Part shown: positions 1 to 8,112 of the stretch, in pieces
Layout of the letters: every line of letters starts with the position of its first letter
Position numbering within the stretch: the stretch's first letter is position 1
Virus record (IMG/VR): IMGVR_UViG_2541047705_000011
DNA from: a virus
Lineage: Duplodnaviria; Heunggongvirae; Uroviricota; Caudoviricetes
DNA: 42,469 bases
Strand: one strand, 5' to 3'
The notes under the pieces: model-generated
Told to the model about the DNA's origin: nothing
Databases searched by the model: none
Seen by the model: only the letters and a program-made list of their open reading frames with translations
Program-made: the position numbers and the translations under genes

Positions 1-516
1 ATGAAATTTAAAAAATGTCTTCTGCCTGTGGCAATGTTAGCGTCATTCACTCTGGCAGGATGCCAGTCAAATGCTGATGATCATGCCGCCGATGTTTATC
101 AAACCGATCAACTGAATACCAAACAAGAAACTAAAACCGTTAATATTATTTCCATTCTTCCCGCAAAAGTTGCCGTAGACAACGCCCAAAATAAACGGAA
201 CGCACAAGCCTTCGGCGCGCTTATTGGCGCTGTCGCTGGCGGTGTTATCGGCCACAACGTCGGGTCTGGCAGCAATTCCGGAACGACGGCAGGTGCAGTT
301 GGCGGCGGAGCTGTAGGCGCGGCAGCGGGTTCTATGGTGAATGATAAAACCTTAGTGGAAGGTGTTTCTTTAACATATAAGGAAGGCACCAAAGTGTATA
401 CCTCCACCCAGGTGGGTAAAGAGTGCCAGTTTACGACAGGTTTAGCCGTTGTTATTACCACGACGTATAACGAAACGCGTATTCAGCCAAATACCAAATG
501 TCCTGAAAAGAGCTAA
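1..516 (+). CDS. Glycine-zipper outer-membrane lipoprotein (YcfJ/17-kDa-antigen-like); host or conversion gene
   Basis: ORF track; signal peptide with lipobox LAGC; Gly/Ala-rich GAxxGxxxG zipper; starts at window edge. Confidence 0.6.
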   Translation: MKFKKCLLPVAMLASFTLAGCQSNADDHAADVYQTDQLNTKQETKTVNIISILPAKVAVDNAQNKRNAQAFGALIGAVAGGVIGHNVGSGSNSGTTAGAVGGGAVGAAAGSMVNDKTLVEGVSLTYKEGTKVYTSTQVGKECQFTTGLAVVITTTYNETRIQPNTKCPEKS

Positions 517-531
517 TAATCAGGAGGAGTC

Positions 532-1071
532 ATGAAGAAAGTTTTTCTTTGCGCCATCTTAGCCTCCTTAAGCTATCCGGCTATCGCCTCATCATTGCAG
601 GATCAACTCTCGGCTGTCGCAGAAGCGGAACAGCAAGGTAAAAATGAAGAGCAAAGGCAGCATGACGAATGGGTCGCGGAGCGCAACAGGGAAATCCAGC
701 AAGAGAAGCAACGTCGCGCAAACGCCCAGGCCGCGGCTAATAAAAGAGCGGCAACGGCAGCAGCGAATAAGAAAGCTCGTCAGGATAAACTGGACGCCGA
801 AGCCACTGCGGACAAAAAACGCGATCAAAGTTATGAAGATGAGCTACGTAGCTTAGAGATTCAGAAACAAAAACTGGCGCTGGCGAAAGAAGAAGCCCGC
901 GTCAAGCGCGAAAACGAATTTATCGATCAGGAACTGAAGCACAAAGCTGCGCAAACCGATGTGGTGCAATCTGAAGCTGACGCAAACAGAAATATGACTG
1001 AAGGCGGTCGCGATCTGATGAAAAGCGTGGGTAAAGCAGAAGAGAATAAATCAGATAGCTGGTTTAACTAA
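532..1071 (+). CDS. Secreted charged coiled-coil protein, unknown function
   Basis: ORF track; RBS AGGAGG 6 nt upstream; N-terminal signal peptide; Lys/Glu/Ala/Gln-rich. Confidence 0.55.
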   Translation: MKKVFLCAILASLSYPAIASSLQDQLSAVAEAEQQGKNEEQRQHDEWVAERNREIQQEKQRRANAQAAANKRAATAAANKKARQDKLDAEATADKKRDQSYEDELRSLEIQKQKLALAKEEARVKRENEFIDQELKHKAAQTDVVQSEADANRNMTEGGRDLMKSVGKAEENKSDSWFN

Positions 1072-1109
1072 ACGATGTTAGTAACTTCAAACCTATAATT
1101 CTTTAGGAT

Positions 1110-1143
1110 AAAAAAACCCTCTGTAGTAACAGAGGGTTTTGTT
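1110..1143. terminator. Bidirectional rho-independent terminator between convergent genes
   Basis: A7 run, stem CCCTCTG/CAGAGGG with 6-nt loop, then T-run; lies between the 532-1071 gene and the lysis operon. Confidence 0.7.
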
Positions 1144-1289
1144 CATTCATAGTGCAGGGTCAAATCATTCCCACTCAATTATTTACGATAACCATAACCA
1201 ATTGAGTGATAACATTTTTCCAAATCTCAATTTTTCCCGTACCGTTTTATATACCGTCACCGGAAATCAGTACCATGAAAAATGCCATG

Positions 1290-1772
1290 CTATCTGGTCA
1301 AAGTGTCGTACTGTTTTTCGCAGACTCTTCCGGCTTCGGCTGCCCGGTCAGCATACTCTGCCAGTTGTCTGTTTCTCTCGAGAGATTTGCTGAGCACGTC
1401 GGCAAGCAAAACTCCGGTGTCTGCGGCTGACGACCCAGCGCCGACAATGGCGTTATACTGCCTGAGCTGCTCACGGATGGCAAAGAGTTGTTGCTGCAAC
1501 CGGCCAGCGCTAGCGGCAGCATCAAGAGCATCATTGCGCGCCTGGTCGATCCTCTGCTGAGCTTCACGTTCATTGGTCACTTTCTCCTGTTCGTAGTACT
1601 GACGAACTTTGTCTTCTTCGGCTTTGCGGTCTTCTTCCGCCTGAGCATACCCGGCATCGTACTGGCGACTGCCGTGTATATTCCAGGCAACCACTCCTGA
1701 TATGACCAGAACAGCAAGCACTGCCACGATAAGAAACTGTTTCCAGTATGCTTTTACGAATGCCCAGATCAT
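1290..1772 (-). CDS. Rz-like i-spanin
   Basis: N-terminal TM helix then charged coiled-coil; directly downstream of endolysin with ATGA overlap; contains embedded lipoprotein ORF. Confidence 0.7.
   Translation of the reverse strand: MIWAFVKAYWKQFLIVAVLAVLVISGVVAWNIHGSRQYDAGYAQAEEDRKAEEDKVRQYYEQEKVTNEREAQQRIDQARNDALDAAASAGRLQQQLFAIREQLRQYNAIVGAGSSAADTGVLLADVLSKSLERNRQLAEYADRAAEAGRVCEKQYDTLTR
1298..1534 (-). CDS. Rz1-like o-spanin lipoprotein embedded in Rz (+1 frame)
   Basis: Start at [13 protein letters not shown] (lipobox) wholly inside the Rz ORF; Pro/Ser-rich mature part. Confidence 0.55.
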   Translation of the reverse strand: MMLLMLPLALAGCSNNSLPSVSSSGSITPLSALGRQPQTPEFCLPTCSANLSRETDNWQSMLTGQPKPEESAKNSTTL

Positions 1773-2398
1773 ACCGCCAGCACCTTACTGGCAGTGATGT
1801 ACCGCGCTCGCCGGTCGTCGATGCCGTTCCGGCCACCATTGATAATCAGAGTTACACGTGCAATATCGCCGGTATACTTCATGCATCCTTTGCTGGCGAA
1901 GAACCACGCCGCGCTACGAGCCGCATATTCGTCCTGCGCCAGCAGTTCAGGGCTCTCCAGCAGGTCAACCTTCAGACCGTTTCCGCAATCACGATAGTTA
2001 TTCAAACCGGTAATCTGGATAAGTCCGCGCCCTCGGTAATTCCAGCCATCACCAGGGGCATTGTTCCCCATGCGTTTGCTGTATACCAGATTTGCGATCG
2101 CGCGCTGGCGCTCAAGTGGCAATGGTGGTTCACCAGCACGGCGCCCCAGTGCATTAGCCTGCCCCTGAGTGAGACGCCCAGCCAGAACGAAGTTAGCCAG
2201 TCCGCTGACACTGTAGTTGAAATTCTCCTGCAACCTGGTGAAGCCCCCAGACTCATGCCCGACTTGAGCAATAAACATTGCCTGATCTTCTGCTTTGCTG
2301 ATACCAAACTCTTTCATCGCAGAAGTTATATGCGAGAACCAGCGTGCGGCCAGTGCCTCGCTGATACCAGCAGCTCGCTGGAATTGTTTAATCTCCAT
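1769..2398 (-). CDS. Endolysin, glycoside hydrolase family 19 (chitinase-like)
   Basis: Motifs GHESGGF and [12 protein letters not shown]; start trimmed to ATG at 2398 (MEIKQF); ORF-track N-terminal extension discarded. Confidence 0.8.
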   Translation of the reverse strand: MEIKQFQRAAGISEALAARWFSHITSAMKEFGISKAEDQAMFIAQVGHESGGFTRLQENFNYSVSGLANFVLAGRLTQGQANALGRRAGEPPLPLERQRAIANLVYSKRMGNNAPGDGWNYRGRGLIQITGLNNYRDCGNGLKVDLLESPELLAQDEYAARSAAWFFASKGCMKYTGDIARVTLIINGGRNGIDDRRARYITASKVLAV

Positions 2399-2696
2399 GT
2401 TTAGACCTCGATACTTTAAAAATTTGAACGACGTTACCGCGCGTTTTAATAACCGCAGCCAGCATGACAGCGTTGATAATGACCTCAGATAAATCCACAG
2501 CCATTGGCGTACGTAACCAGATTGCATAGGCGACTCGAACAGGAATACTGGCCGCAGCAACAATCAGGAAATAAGCAAGCCATCCTCCCCACCTTCGATG
2601 TTGAGAGCCGTTACGCCGGAATGTGACAACGCGAATTGCTATGCCAGTGCAAATAACTGCATTAGTGATAAGCAAAAAAAACTCATGCGTTACCAT
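2388..2696 (-). CDS. Small lysis-associated membrane protein (second holin or antiholin candidate)
   Basis: About 102 aa with 2-3 hydrophobic segments between holin and endolysin; overlaps both neighbours. Confidence 0.5.
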   Translation of the reverse strand: MVTHEFFLLITNAVICTGIAIRVVTFRRNGSQHRRWGGWLAYFLIVAAASIPVRVAYAIWLRTPMAVDLSEVIINAVMLAAVIKTRGNVVQIFKVSRSKHGD

Positions 2697-3087
2697 CGTC
2701 TTTTCTCCCCGGAATTAACTCGCGTGGATTATCGGAACGGTGATAGAGCCATATACCAATACGCACAGCGACAATTGCTGACACGAATGCGCCTGCAGAG
2801 AAAACAATCCCTTTTTCAAAAGAGTCCTGCGTGATGGTAGGGATCAGGCTGGCTATGCCGATAAGAATTGATGCTGCTGGTTTGTAAAAGAGAAGGCCGC
2901 AAAGAAAGCTGAGCATCGACAGGAGCACCCGGCGACGGATGGGGTACTCTACTGCAGAGGTAACAAAAATTACCGCCCCAGCCAAAGCCCCTAAAGCAAC
3001 CTCCGGAGGGACACCTGCAATAACTGCAGCAAGAGAACCAAAACTAAGCAACTGATTTAATTGCTCACTTGTTACTTGAGCAGACAT
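2683..3087 (-). CDS. Holin
   Basis: 134 aa, multiple TM segments, charged C-terminus; RBS AGGAG 6 nt upstream; first gene of lysis cassette. Confidence 0.65.
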   Translation of the reverse strand: MSAQVTSEQLNQLLSFGSLAAVIAGVPPEVALGALAGAVIFVTSAVEYPIRRRVLLSMLSFLCGLLFYKPAASILIGIASLIPTITQDSFEKGIVFSAGAFVSAIVAVRIGIWLYHRSDNPRELIPGRKDDGNA

Positions 3088-3147
3088 ACTTTCTCCTGTT
3101 TACTATCTATAAGCCAGTCAATTATTGATGACTAAACCCGCATAGTA

Positions 3148-3159
3148 AACCATATATGA
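3148..3159 (-). promoter_or_regulatory. Copy of conserved late-unit motif CATATRTGGTT, upstream of lysis operon
   Basis: Minus-strand TCATATATGGTT about 60 nt upstream of holin start; related copies at 6578-6589 and 27269-27280. Confidence 0.35.
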
Positions 3160-3368
3160 ATCATTATTGTTCCATATCATATATCTCAATAAAAGTACTA
3201 ATGATTTTACAGAACGAGCCAGCAGAGTGGGGGCAGTTGTACAGGAACCATAGACTTAATTTTGTATTTAATAATGCTATGGTGTAATAAACCTGAACAT
3301 GTATTTAAAATACGTACTGATTCATGATAGAATTCAAAGATAACTTTTCACCAACTCCGTTTTTGATA

Positions 3369-3395
3369 CCCGCAATATTTTGCGGGCTTTTTTTT
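3369..3395 (+). terminator. Hairpin plus T8, canonical only in plus orientation, at tailspike 3' end
   Basis: CCCGCAA-TATT-TTGCGGG then C and T8; the T-run overlaps the tailspike stop codon; no plus-strand CDS upstream. Confidence 0.45.
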
Positions 3396-6300
3396 AACGT
3401 TCTTCCAGAGACTGAACCCGCTCTTTTATCTTATCCATTTCTCTGCGCTGCCATGCTGCCTCGATATAGAATAAGAGATCAGGTCTGACCCCCCATCTAG
3501 ATCCTGCTGGCGTTATTTCAACGCGCTCAATGATGTCTTCCATTACCATCACTGGATTATCATCCTCATCAACAATGATGCTCCCGTCATTATCAGTCAG
3601 CGGCATTTCCCTTTGGCCAGTAATGACGTCATCATATACTGCGGGATAATCGTCATAGCAAAGAAAGGCATAGCGGCATGTTGTGCTTTCTTCTTCCATG
3701 AGTCCGTGAGAAATAAGAACATCACGAAGTTGCTGCGCGATTACACCATGATGTATCCTCGCCCCTTCTTCCCCCTTTATAGCGACAGCGTTCAGCCATT
3801 TATAAGCGATATACCTGACGTCACCCCAGGCATCCAGCAATGCTTCGTCAGGAGAGACCGGCTCTGTCTTTAATGTTCCGTCACTGGTAACCACAGGATT
3901 GGAGCCAAGATAAACTGTCGAGAACCTGTTTCCCGGACCACCAAGAGCATTTACATTATCAAGATAAGGTTTAACATCTCCGTTCTCAAAAAGATGTTCG
4001 AGTGCGTTATATACCGCGCGACGTGGAGTACTGCTTCCGGAACCATGCAACGTTATCATTGCACCATCTGCTGAAGACGTTGTTTCACCTCCGCTAACGA
4101 TTAATCTCTGAGCGGTAACATCATCAGACGGTACTTTCTTCGCAATAATGGCGTAATTACCCTCAAGTTTGACTTCCGCGCGAACTTGTCCTGATGTACC
4201 TGCATGGACAGTCAGTGACTGGACGGCAACATCATCTGTGAAATCAACGGGTACAGGAACCGTCCTCACGCCTGACGTCGACATAAAAGTAGGAAGCGTT
4301 CTGTTAGGAGTGGCTCCGTAGACAAAATCCCTTGAAACAAATTCTTCCTGTTTAATTTTCACCCTGAAACAATACAAATCAGCCGGGTGACCATCGTGAA
4401 CATAAGGATATTTTCTGTTGTTATCCCCTATGCTCCATGGGTTTAGAAAGTCTTCCCCACCGAAAATGTAGTACAGCCAGTTGTCTTTGATACAAACTGA
4501 ACCAACACCAACCGCAGAGTTAACTATTCCGCCCTGATAAATCTGATCAGTAACATTAACCCACTCTACATTATCCAGACTCCACTCATTGACGTTAACT
4601 CTGGTCATAAATGTTCTTGGATAATTTCCTGCATAACGGTTATCAGGTTCTCCTCCTTCCCACTCACCAAATGCGCGCTCACTGCCAAAAATAATCAGCT
4701 CATCGCCAACTTTGGCAAAAGGAAGGTTTGAGTGATGAACATTATTTGGGAAGCGAAGAGAATTCCATGATGTACCTAAATCAGAGCTTCTGTGCAATGA
4801 ACTACCGGGTTGAGTACTTAATGTCCCCCTGGTCGTCAGATACAGAATGCCATCATAATATTTTACACATGGCTCAGATGCATTCGCCTCATATTCTGCA
4901 GGTATGCGTCTGCGAACAAAGCTACCAGGAGAACCGAAAGCATCAGAGAAATAGAGTATCCCAAGCTCGCGTGGACCAATATCACCATTATGGTAGCCAA
5001 CAGCAAAACTGTTATCGCTAATCGTCGCAAAACTGTGAATCTCAGTAACAGGAGTGCTTCCGTCAACAAAAGAAGGAATAGTTCCAAGACTGGTTTTTCT
5101 CCATGGTGACGAGTGAAATGATGTACCAAAACTCCAGTATCTACCCTCGTTATTCTGATCCACATCCTGGGTATTTTGCGTCGTAACTGTAAAAGTATTT
5201 TTATCAATAACAGTAGTCACCGTCATATTCCCGGTAACACCTGTAACACCAGAGTTTGAGAAGTTGACAAAATCACCAGCAAATAATCCGTGATCAGTAA
5301 TGCGAATATAAGCGACTTGCTGATTTGCTGCTTTCGTTATACCACCATAAACGCGAAGGCTGCGACTCATTGGGCGATCCCACAACTCTGCAACCTGCAG
5401 TTTATTTCCGCTCACGGTCCGCGTCTCAATTACAGCAAAAAGGCGATTTCTGACAACCCCCATACTCATGCAGTGATAGTTAACTGTGGGATAGTTTTCA
5501 TGTAAATCTGTAAGCCATTCCGGCGTTGTCCAGGTCTTCCCGTCATCTCCTGAGCGAACCCATGCAACATGGAGGTTATTTACACCATGGCGGTCTCCAG
5601 CCATAAAAGGCGCATAGATGACATTGTCATATACAAACGTTTTATCCTGCGTCCAGGCGTTGTACCACGGTGTATCTGTAATTTTAAATAACTCTCCCTG
5701 GATAAAATCTTCAGAAGCATAAAAAAGAGGCTGGCCCGGTATTCTCTCAAATAAAAAACGAGCATTTTTAAATCGACTGACATCCGGAAGAGTTGATACT
5801 TTAAAAGTAAGCCCTAATCCGTCAATTTTATAACCTGGAGATGAGGCTTCAAGGCACGCGCTTATTGCAGTGGAATCGTCATTTATACCATCACCAACAG
5901 CTCCAAAATCTTTGGGGCTAATAGCATCACGCATTTTATCCTGGAACGTTCGGTACACAGCCCCAGAACCATACTGAATAAACCAACCAAAACCACCAAC
6001 AACCCCGGCGATTGCAGCATCGACATAATTACGCATTGAGCGATTATTTACAGCGTCCTGCTCAAATGATGGATCTGCAAGGTTAGAAATTTTGTTTTGC
6101 TTTGCATCGTAATATTTTGCAAGCAAAGATGGTTTCATCAATGCACGTCTGAACCACCCAAAACATTGCTGGATCAGCATCGTCAGGTAGTCAAAGGCAT
6201 CTTCATGCACTTCGGGGAAAAATTTTCCCTGATTGCGAAGGTCTGTCTCCTGCACTACATCAAGCACACGATCTATCGTAATTCGCCATCCAGTAGCAAG

Positions 6301-6513
6301 CGGAGACGGAAGAACCACAGAACCGCCACTATAAGTGCCCGCCCCAGTTACCGTATAACCGGTATCCAGAACCAATTCTGTTACGTTCCCGTTCAGGTCA
6401 GACACCTGAACAACCAGGTCTGATTTTCTGAAAATTCGAAAAGTATACGGAAACGATGTCGTAACGCCGTTACCGGTGTATTCGTTGTGGTCAACTTCGG
6501 TTGAGACCGTCAT
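3394..6513 (-). CDS. Tailspike, endosialidase-like (endo-N-acetylneuraminidase) with C-terminal intramolecular chaperone
   Basis: 1039 aa; N-terminus has T7 tail-fibre-like pattern YxGxG..F..F..LVV; two Asp-boxes SGDDGKTW and SSDLGTSW; C-terminal SDGTLK and HHGVIAQQLRDV resemble the autocleaving chaperone of endosialidases. Confidence 0.7.
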   Translation of the reverse strand: MTVSTEVDHNEYTGNGVTTSFPYTFRIFRKSDLVVQVSDLNGNVTELVLDTGYTVTGAGTYSGGSVVLPSPLATGWRITIDRVLDVVQETDLRNQGKFFPEVHEDAFDYLTMLIQQCFGWFRRALMKPSLLAKYYDAKQNKISNLADPSFEQDAVNNRSMRNYVDAAIAGVVGGFGWFIQYGSGAVYRTFQDKMRDAISPKDFGAVGDGINDDSTAISACLEASSPGYKIDGLGLTFKVSTLPDVSRFKNARFLFERIPGQPLFYASEDFIQGELFKITDTPWYNAWTQDKTFVYDNVIYAPFMAGDRHGVNNLHVAWVRSGDDGKTWTTPEWLTDLHENYPTVNYHCMSMGVVRNRLFAVIETRTVSGNKLQVAELWDRPMSRSLRVYGGITKAANQQVAYIRITDHGLFAGDFVNFSNSGVTGVTGNMTVTTVIDKNTFTVTTQNTQDVDQNNEGRYWSFGTSFHSSPWRKTSLGTIPSFVDGSTPVTEIHSFATISDNSFAVGYHNGDIGPRELGILYFSDAFGSPGSFVRRRIPAEYEANASEPCVKYYDGILYLTTRGTLSTQPGSSLHRSSDLGTSWNSLRFPNNVHHSNLPFAKVGDELIIFGSERAFGEWEGGEPDNRYAGNYPRTFMTRVNVNEWSLDNVEWVNVTDQIYQGGIVNSAVGVGSVCIKDNWLYYIFGGEDFLNPWSIGDNNRKYPYVHDGHPADLYCFRVKIKQEEFVSRDFVYGATPNRTLPTFMSTSGVRTVPVPVDFTDDVAVQSLTVHAGTSGQVRAEVKLEGNYAIIAKKVPSDDVTAQRLIVSGGETTSSADGAMITLHGSGSSTPRRAVYNALEHLFENGDVKPYLDNVNALGGPGNRFSTVYLGSNPVVTSDGTLKTEPVSPDEALLDAWGDVRYIAYKWLNAVAIKGEEGARIHHGVIAQQLRDVLISHGLMEEESTTCRYAFLCYDDYPAVYDDVITGQREMPLTDNDGSIIVDEDDNPVMVMEDIIERVEITPAGSRWGVRPDLLFYIEAAWQRREMDKIKERVQSLEER

Positions 6514-6577
6514 GTTAAATCTCCAGATAGTCGCAGCACCCGTTGCGCCGCATACCTGGTTATTCTATTACCTGGAA

Positions 6578-6589
6578 AACCACATATGG
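6578..6589 (-). promoter_or_regulatory. Copy of conserved late-unit motif CATATRTGGTT, upstream of tailspike
   Basis: Minus-strand CCATATGTGGTT then N5 and GGTAATA, 65-76 nt upstream of tailspike start. Confidence 0.35.
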
Positions 6590-6616
6590 ATAGAAAGGCT
6601 GTAAATACGAATAGAT

Positions 6617-6633
6617 ATTACCTTTCAGGTAAT
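6617..6633. promoter_or_regulatory. Operator-like palindrome ATTACC-TTTCA-GGTAAT (perfect)
   Basis: Perfect 6-bp inverted arms, 5-bp spacer; between tailspike start and the LexA-box gene. Confidence 0.6.
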
Positions 6634-6669
6634 TTGCAAAACGTGCTGGATAGCAAACAAATTATTTGA

Positions 6670-6689
6670 TACTGTATAAATATACAGTT
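6670..6689. promoter_or_regulatory. LexA box (SOS operator)
   Basis: TACTGTATAAATATACAGTT, 18/20 to consensus TACTGTATATATATACAGTA (CTGT-N8-ACAG); 20 nt upstream of the 6709 start; possible -35 TTGATA overlaps. Confidence 0.75.
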
Positions 6690-6708
6690 ATTGCATGGAG
6701 AAGATAAG

Positions 6709-6966
6709 ATGCAGCAGTATCACTATCCACTGGAAGACGGATTTACCGAAAGGATTCACACGCCGGGAGGCGTCAGGTCACTGGTGGAGGGATCGCACTT
6801 GATGAAATTACTCCGGGATCTCGATAAGGATGGATTTAATGTCGATGGCCCACTTGCCGAACTGACTGCACTGATTAACTACGTCACCAGCTCACAGATG
6901 TCTATGCAGGATCTGCAAACACATCTCGACTATTGTGCCGAACAATTACGAAAACAAACCCGGTAA
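6709..6966 (+). CDS. Small antirepressor-like protein (homologous to C-terminal domain of the BRO antirepressor at 8113-8805)
   Basis: 85 aa from ATG 6709 (track ORF starts at TTG 6691); RBS GGAGAAG; aligns with the last ~60 aa of the BRO protein. Confidence 0.6.
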   Translation: MQQYHYPLEDGFTERIHTPGGVRSLVEGSHLMKLLRDLDKDGFNVDGPLAELTALINYVTSSQMSMQDLQTHLDYCAEQLRKQTR

Positions 6967-6972
6967 ATTTAA

Positions 6973-6990
6973 AGGCCGCAAGAGCGGCCT
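6973..6990 (-). terminator. Hairpin terminator between convergent genes
   Basis: AGGCCGC-AAGA-GCGGCCT; T-rich on minus strand downstream; overlaps the 6989-7717 stop codon. Confidence 0.45.
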
Positions 6991-7717
6991 ATCGTTTCGC
7001 TTTGTGCTCGTCCCAGCACGTTTTGCACCATGCCATTAAGCCGTCCGCATTTTGATTATTAGGGTAAAAGCTGGTCCGTTTTCTGCGGACATTACAAATT
7101 GGGCACCACTTCATATGGCGTGTATTCTTTGGACCATCGAGACACCTTGCACACCACTTAGTCAATCCATCTGGATTTTTTGACGATTTCCGGAATTTGT
7201 CATATGGAAGGTTTATTCTGCATCGCAAACACTGCTTGCGGCCACTTGAAACTCTGTTAGCTGATTCTTCTTTTGGCGGCGATACAGAAGGTATTCTTGC
7301 TGGCTCTGATACTGCCTGAGGTGCTTTTTTAGATGACTGAGACGATATGTCATCACCAGGGAATCTTCCATGATATGCCGGACGCGTTGACACTCCAGGT
7401 GGAAGCTCAGCTGTAAACGGCTTTGGCTGAATCAGTTGCCTCTCTTTTGCTAACTCCTGCTGTTTATAATATGTCTGGATTACCGCACTATCATAAGCAG
7501 GAGGTACGGAAATATCAGGCGCGTTACCTCCAGTTTTTTGAAACTGAGTAGATGTGTGTTCTATCACCTGTGTACGACTAATCGTTACCTCCCCATCTTC
7601 GGTCTTTATCGTTTTGTTCTGATTAACGACCGTACGATCAGAGATCTTAGTCTTGTTCTGGTTGATAACGTAAATAATCACCGCAACCACACCAACAACT
7701 ATCCAGAAAACTTCCAT
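6989..7717 (-). CDS. Membrane-anchored protein with two C-terminal zinc-ribbon repeats, unknown function
   Basis: N-terminal TM helix, Pro/Ser-rich linker, then CLRC..x22..WCARC and CPIC..x21..WCKTC; RBS GAGGAAAAG. Confidence 0.6.
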   Translation of the reverse strand: MEVFWIVVGVVAVIIYVINQNKTKISDRTVVNQNKTIKTEDGEVTISRTQVIEHTSTQFQKTGGNAPDISVPPAYDSAVIQTYYKQQELAKERQLIQPKPFTAELPPGVSTRPAYHGRFPGDDISSQSSKKAPQAVSEPARIPSVSPPKEESANRVSSGRKQCLRCRINLPYDKFRKSSKNPDGLTKWCARCLDGPKNTRHMKWCPICNVRRKRTSFYPNNQNADGLMAWCKTCWDEHKAKR

Positions 7718-7736
7718 TGCTTTTCCTCACAATAAC

Positions 7737-7753
7737 ATTACCTTAAAGGTAAT
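7737..7753. promoter_or_regulatory. Operator-like palindrome ATTACC-TTAAA-GGTAAT (perfect)
   Basis: 20 nt upstream of the 7717 start codon; possible -35 TTGATC 17 nt from TACCTT on minus strand. Confidence 0.6.
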
Positions 7754-7785
7754 ATCTTGCTTTCAGGTGATCAAGCGTTAAACGC

Positions 7786-7807
7786 AATCAACCAAATACG
7801 GTTGATT
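7786..7807. promoter_or_regulatory. Second-type palindrome AATCAACC-N6-GGTTGATT
   Basis: Perfect 8-bp inverted repeats with 6-bp spacer, between two ATTACC/GGTAAT sites. Confidence 0.4.
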
Positions 7808-7829
7808 TTAATATTTCTTCGCGTTTATC

Positions 7830-7846
7830 ATTACCTTTGCGGTAAA
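7830..7846. promoter_or_regulatory. Operator-like palindrome ATTACC-TTTGC-GGTAAA (11/12 arms)
   Basis: Same motif family; upstream of structured leader and BRO gene. Confidence 0.5.
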
Positions 7847-7864
7847 TTTACATCGCACTCCTCT

Positions 7865-7958
7865 TGTGCCATAGTAATCGGGCACTGGCAAAATCCAGTG
7901 CCGGGATTGGTCTCCCGGATTACTACAGAGGCACATATGCCGCATAAGCGGTTTTTTT
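7865..7958 (+). other. Candidate structured RNA/leader: three-way junction fold followed by short hairpin and T7 run
   Basis: Nested complementarity TGTGCC/GGCACA, GTAATC/GATTAC, GGCACTGG/CCAGTGCC, GGGA/TCCC; then CCGC-ATAA-GCGG plus TTTTTTT; about 155 nt upstream of BRO start. Confidence 0.3.
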
Positions 7959-8112
7959 ATGTGTAAAGCGCACCTATTCTATGGTGGGCTGTGTGGGGGC
8001 ACCGAAAGGTGCGCCGGGTTCCTTTGTAGCCGGTAAGACCAACTCTGCACAGTTCACCACCATCTGATTGGTCTCAGCGGTGGTGATTAACCTAACTACA
8101 AAGGTGATCGCT

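Noticed and set aside
2399-2563. N-terminal extension of the endolysin ORF
   Set aside because: The extension overlaps the upstream membrane-protein gene in another frame; the conserved GH19 domain begins at the internal ATG 2398.
7757-7966. 69-aa plus-strand ORF between the operators and the BRO gene
   Set aside because: TTG start, no RBS, and it spans an operator-like palindrome, the nested stem-loops and the T-run hairpin; better read as a structured non-coding region.
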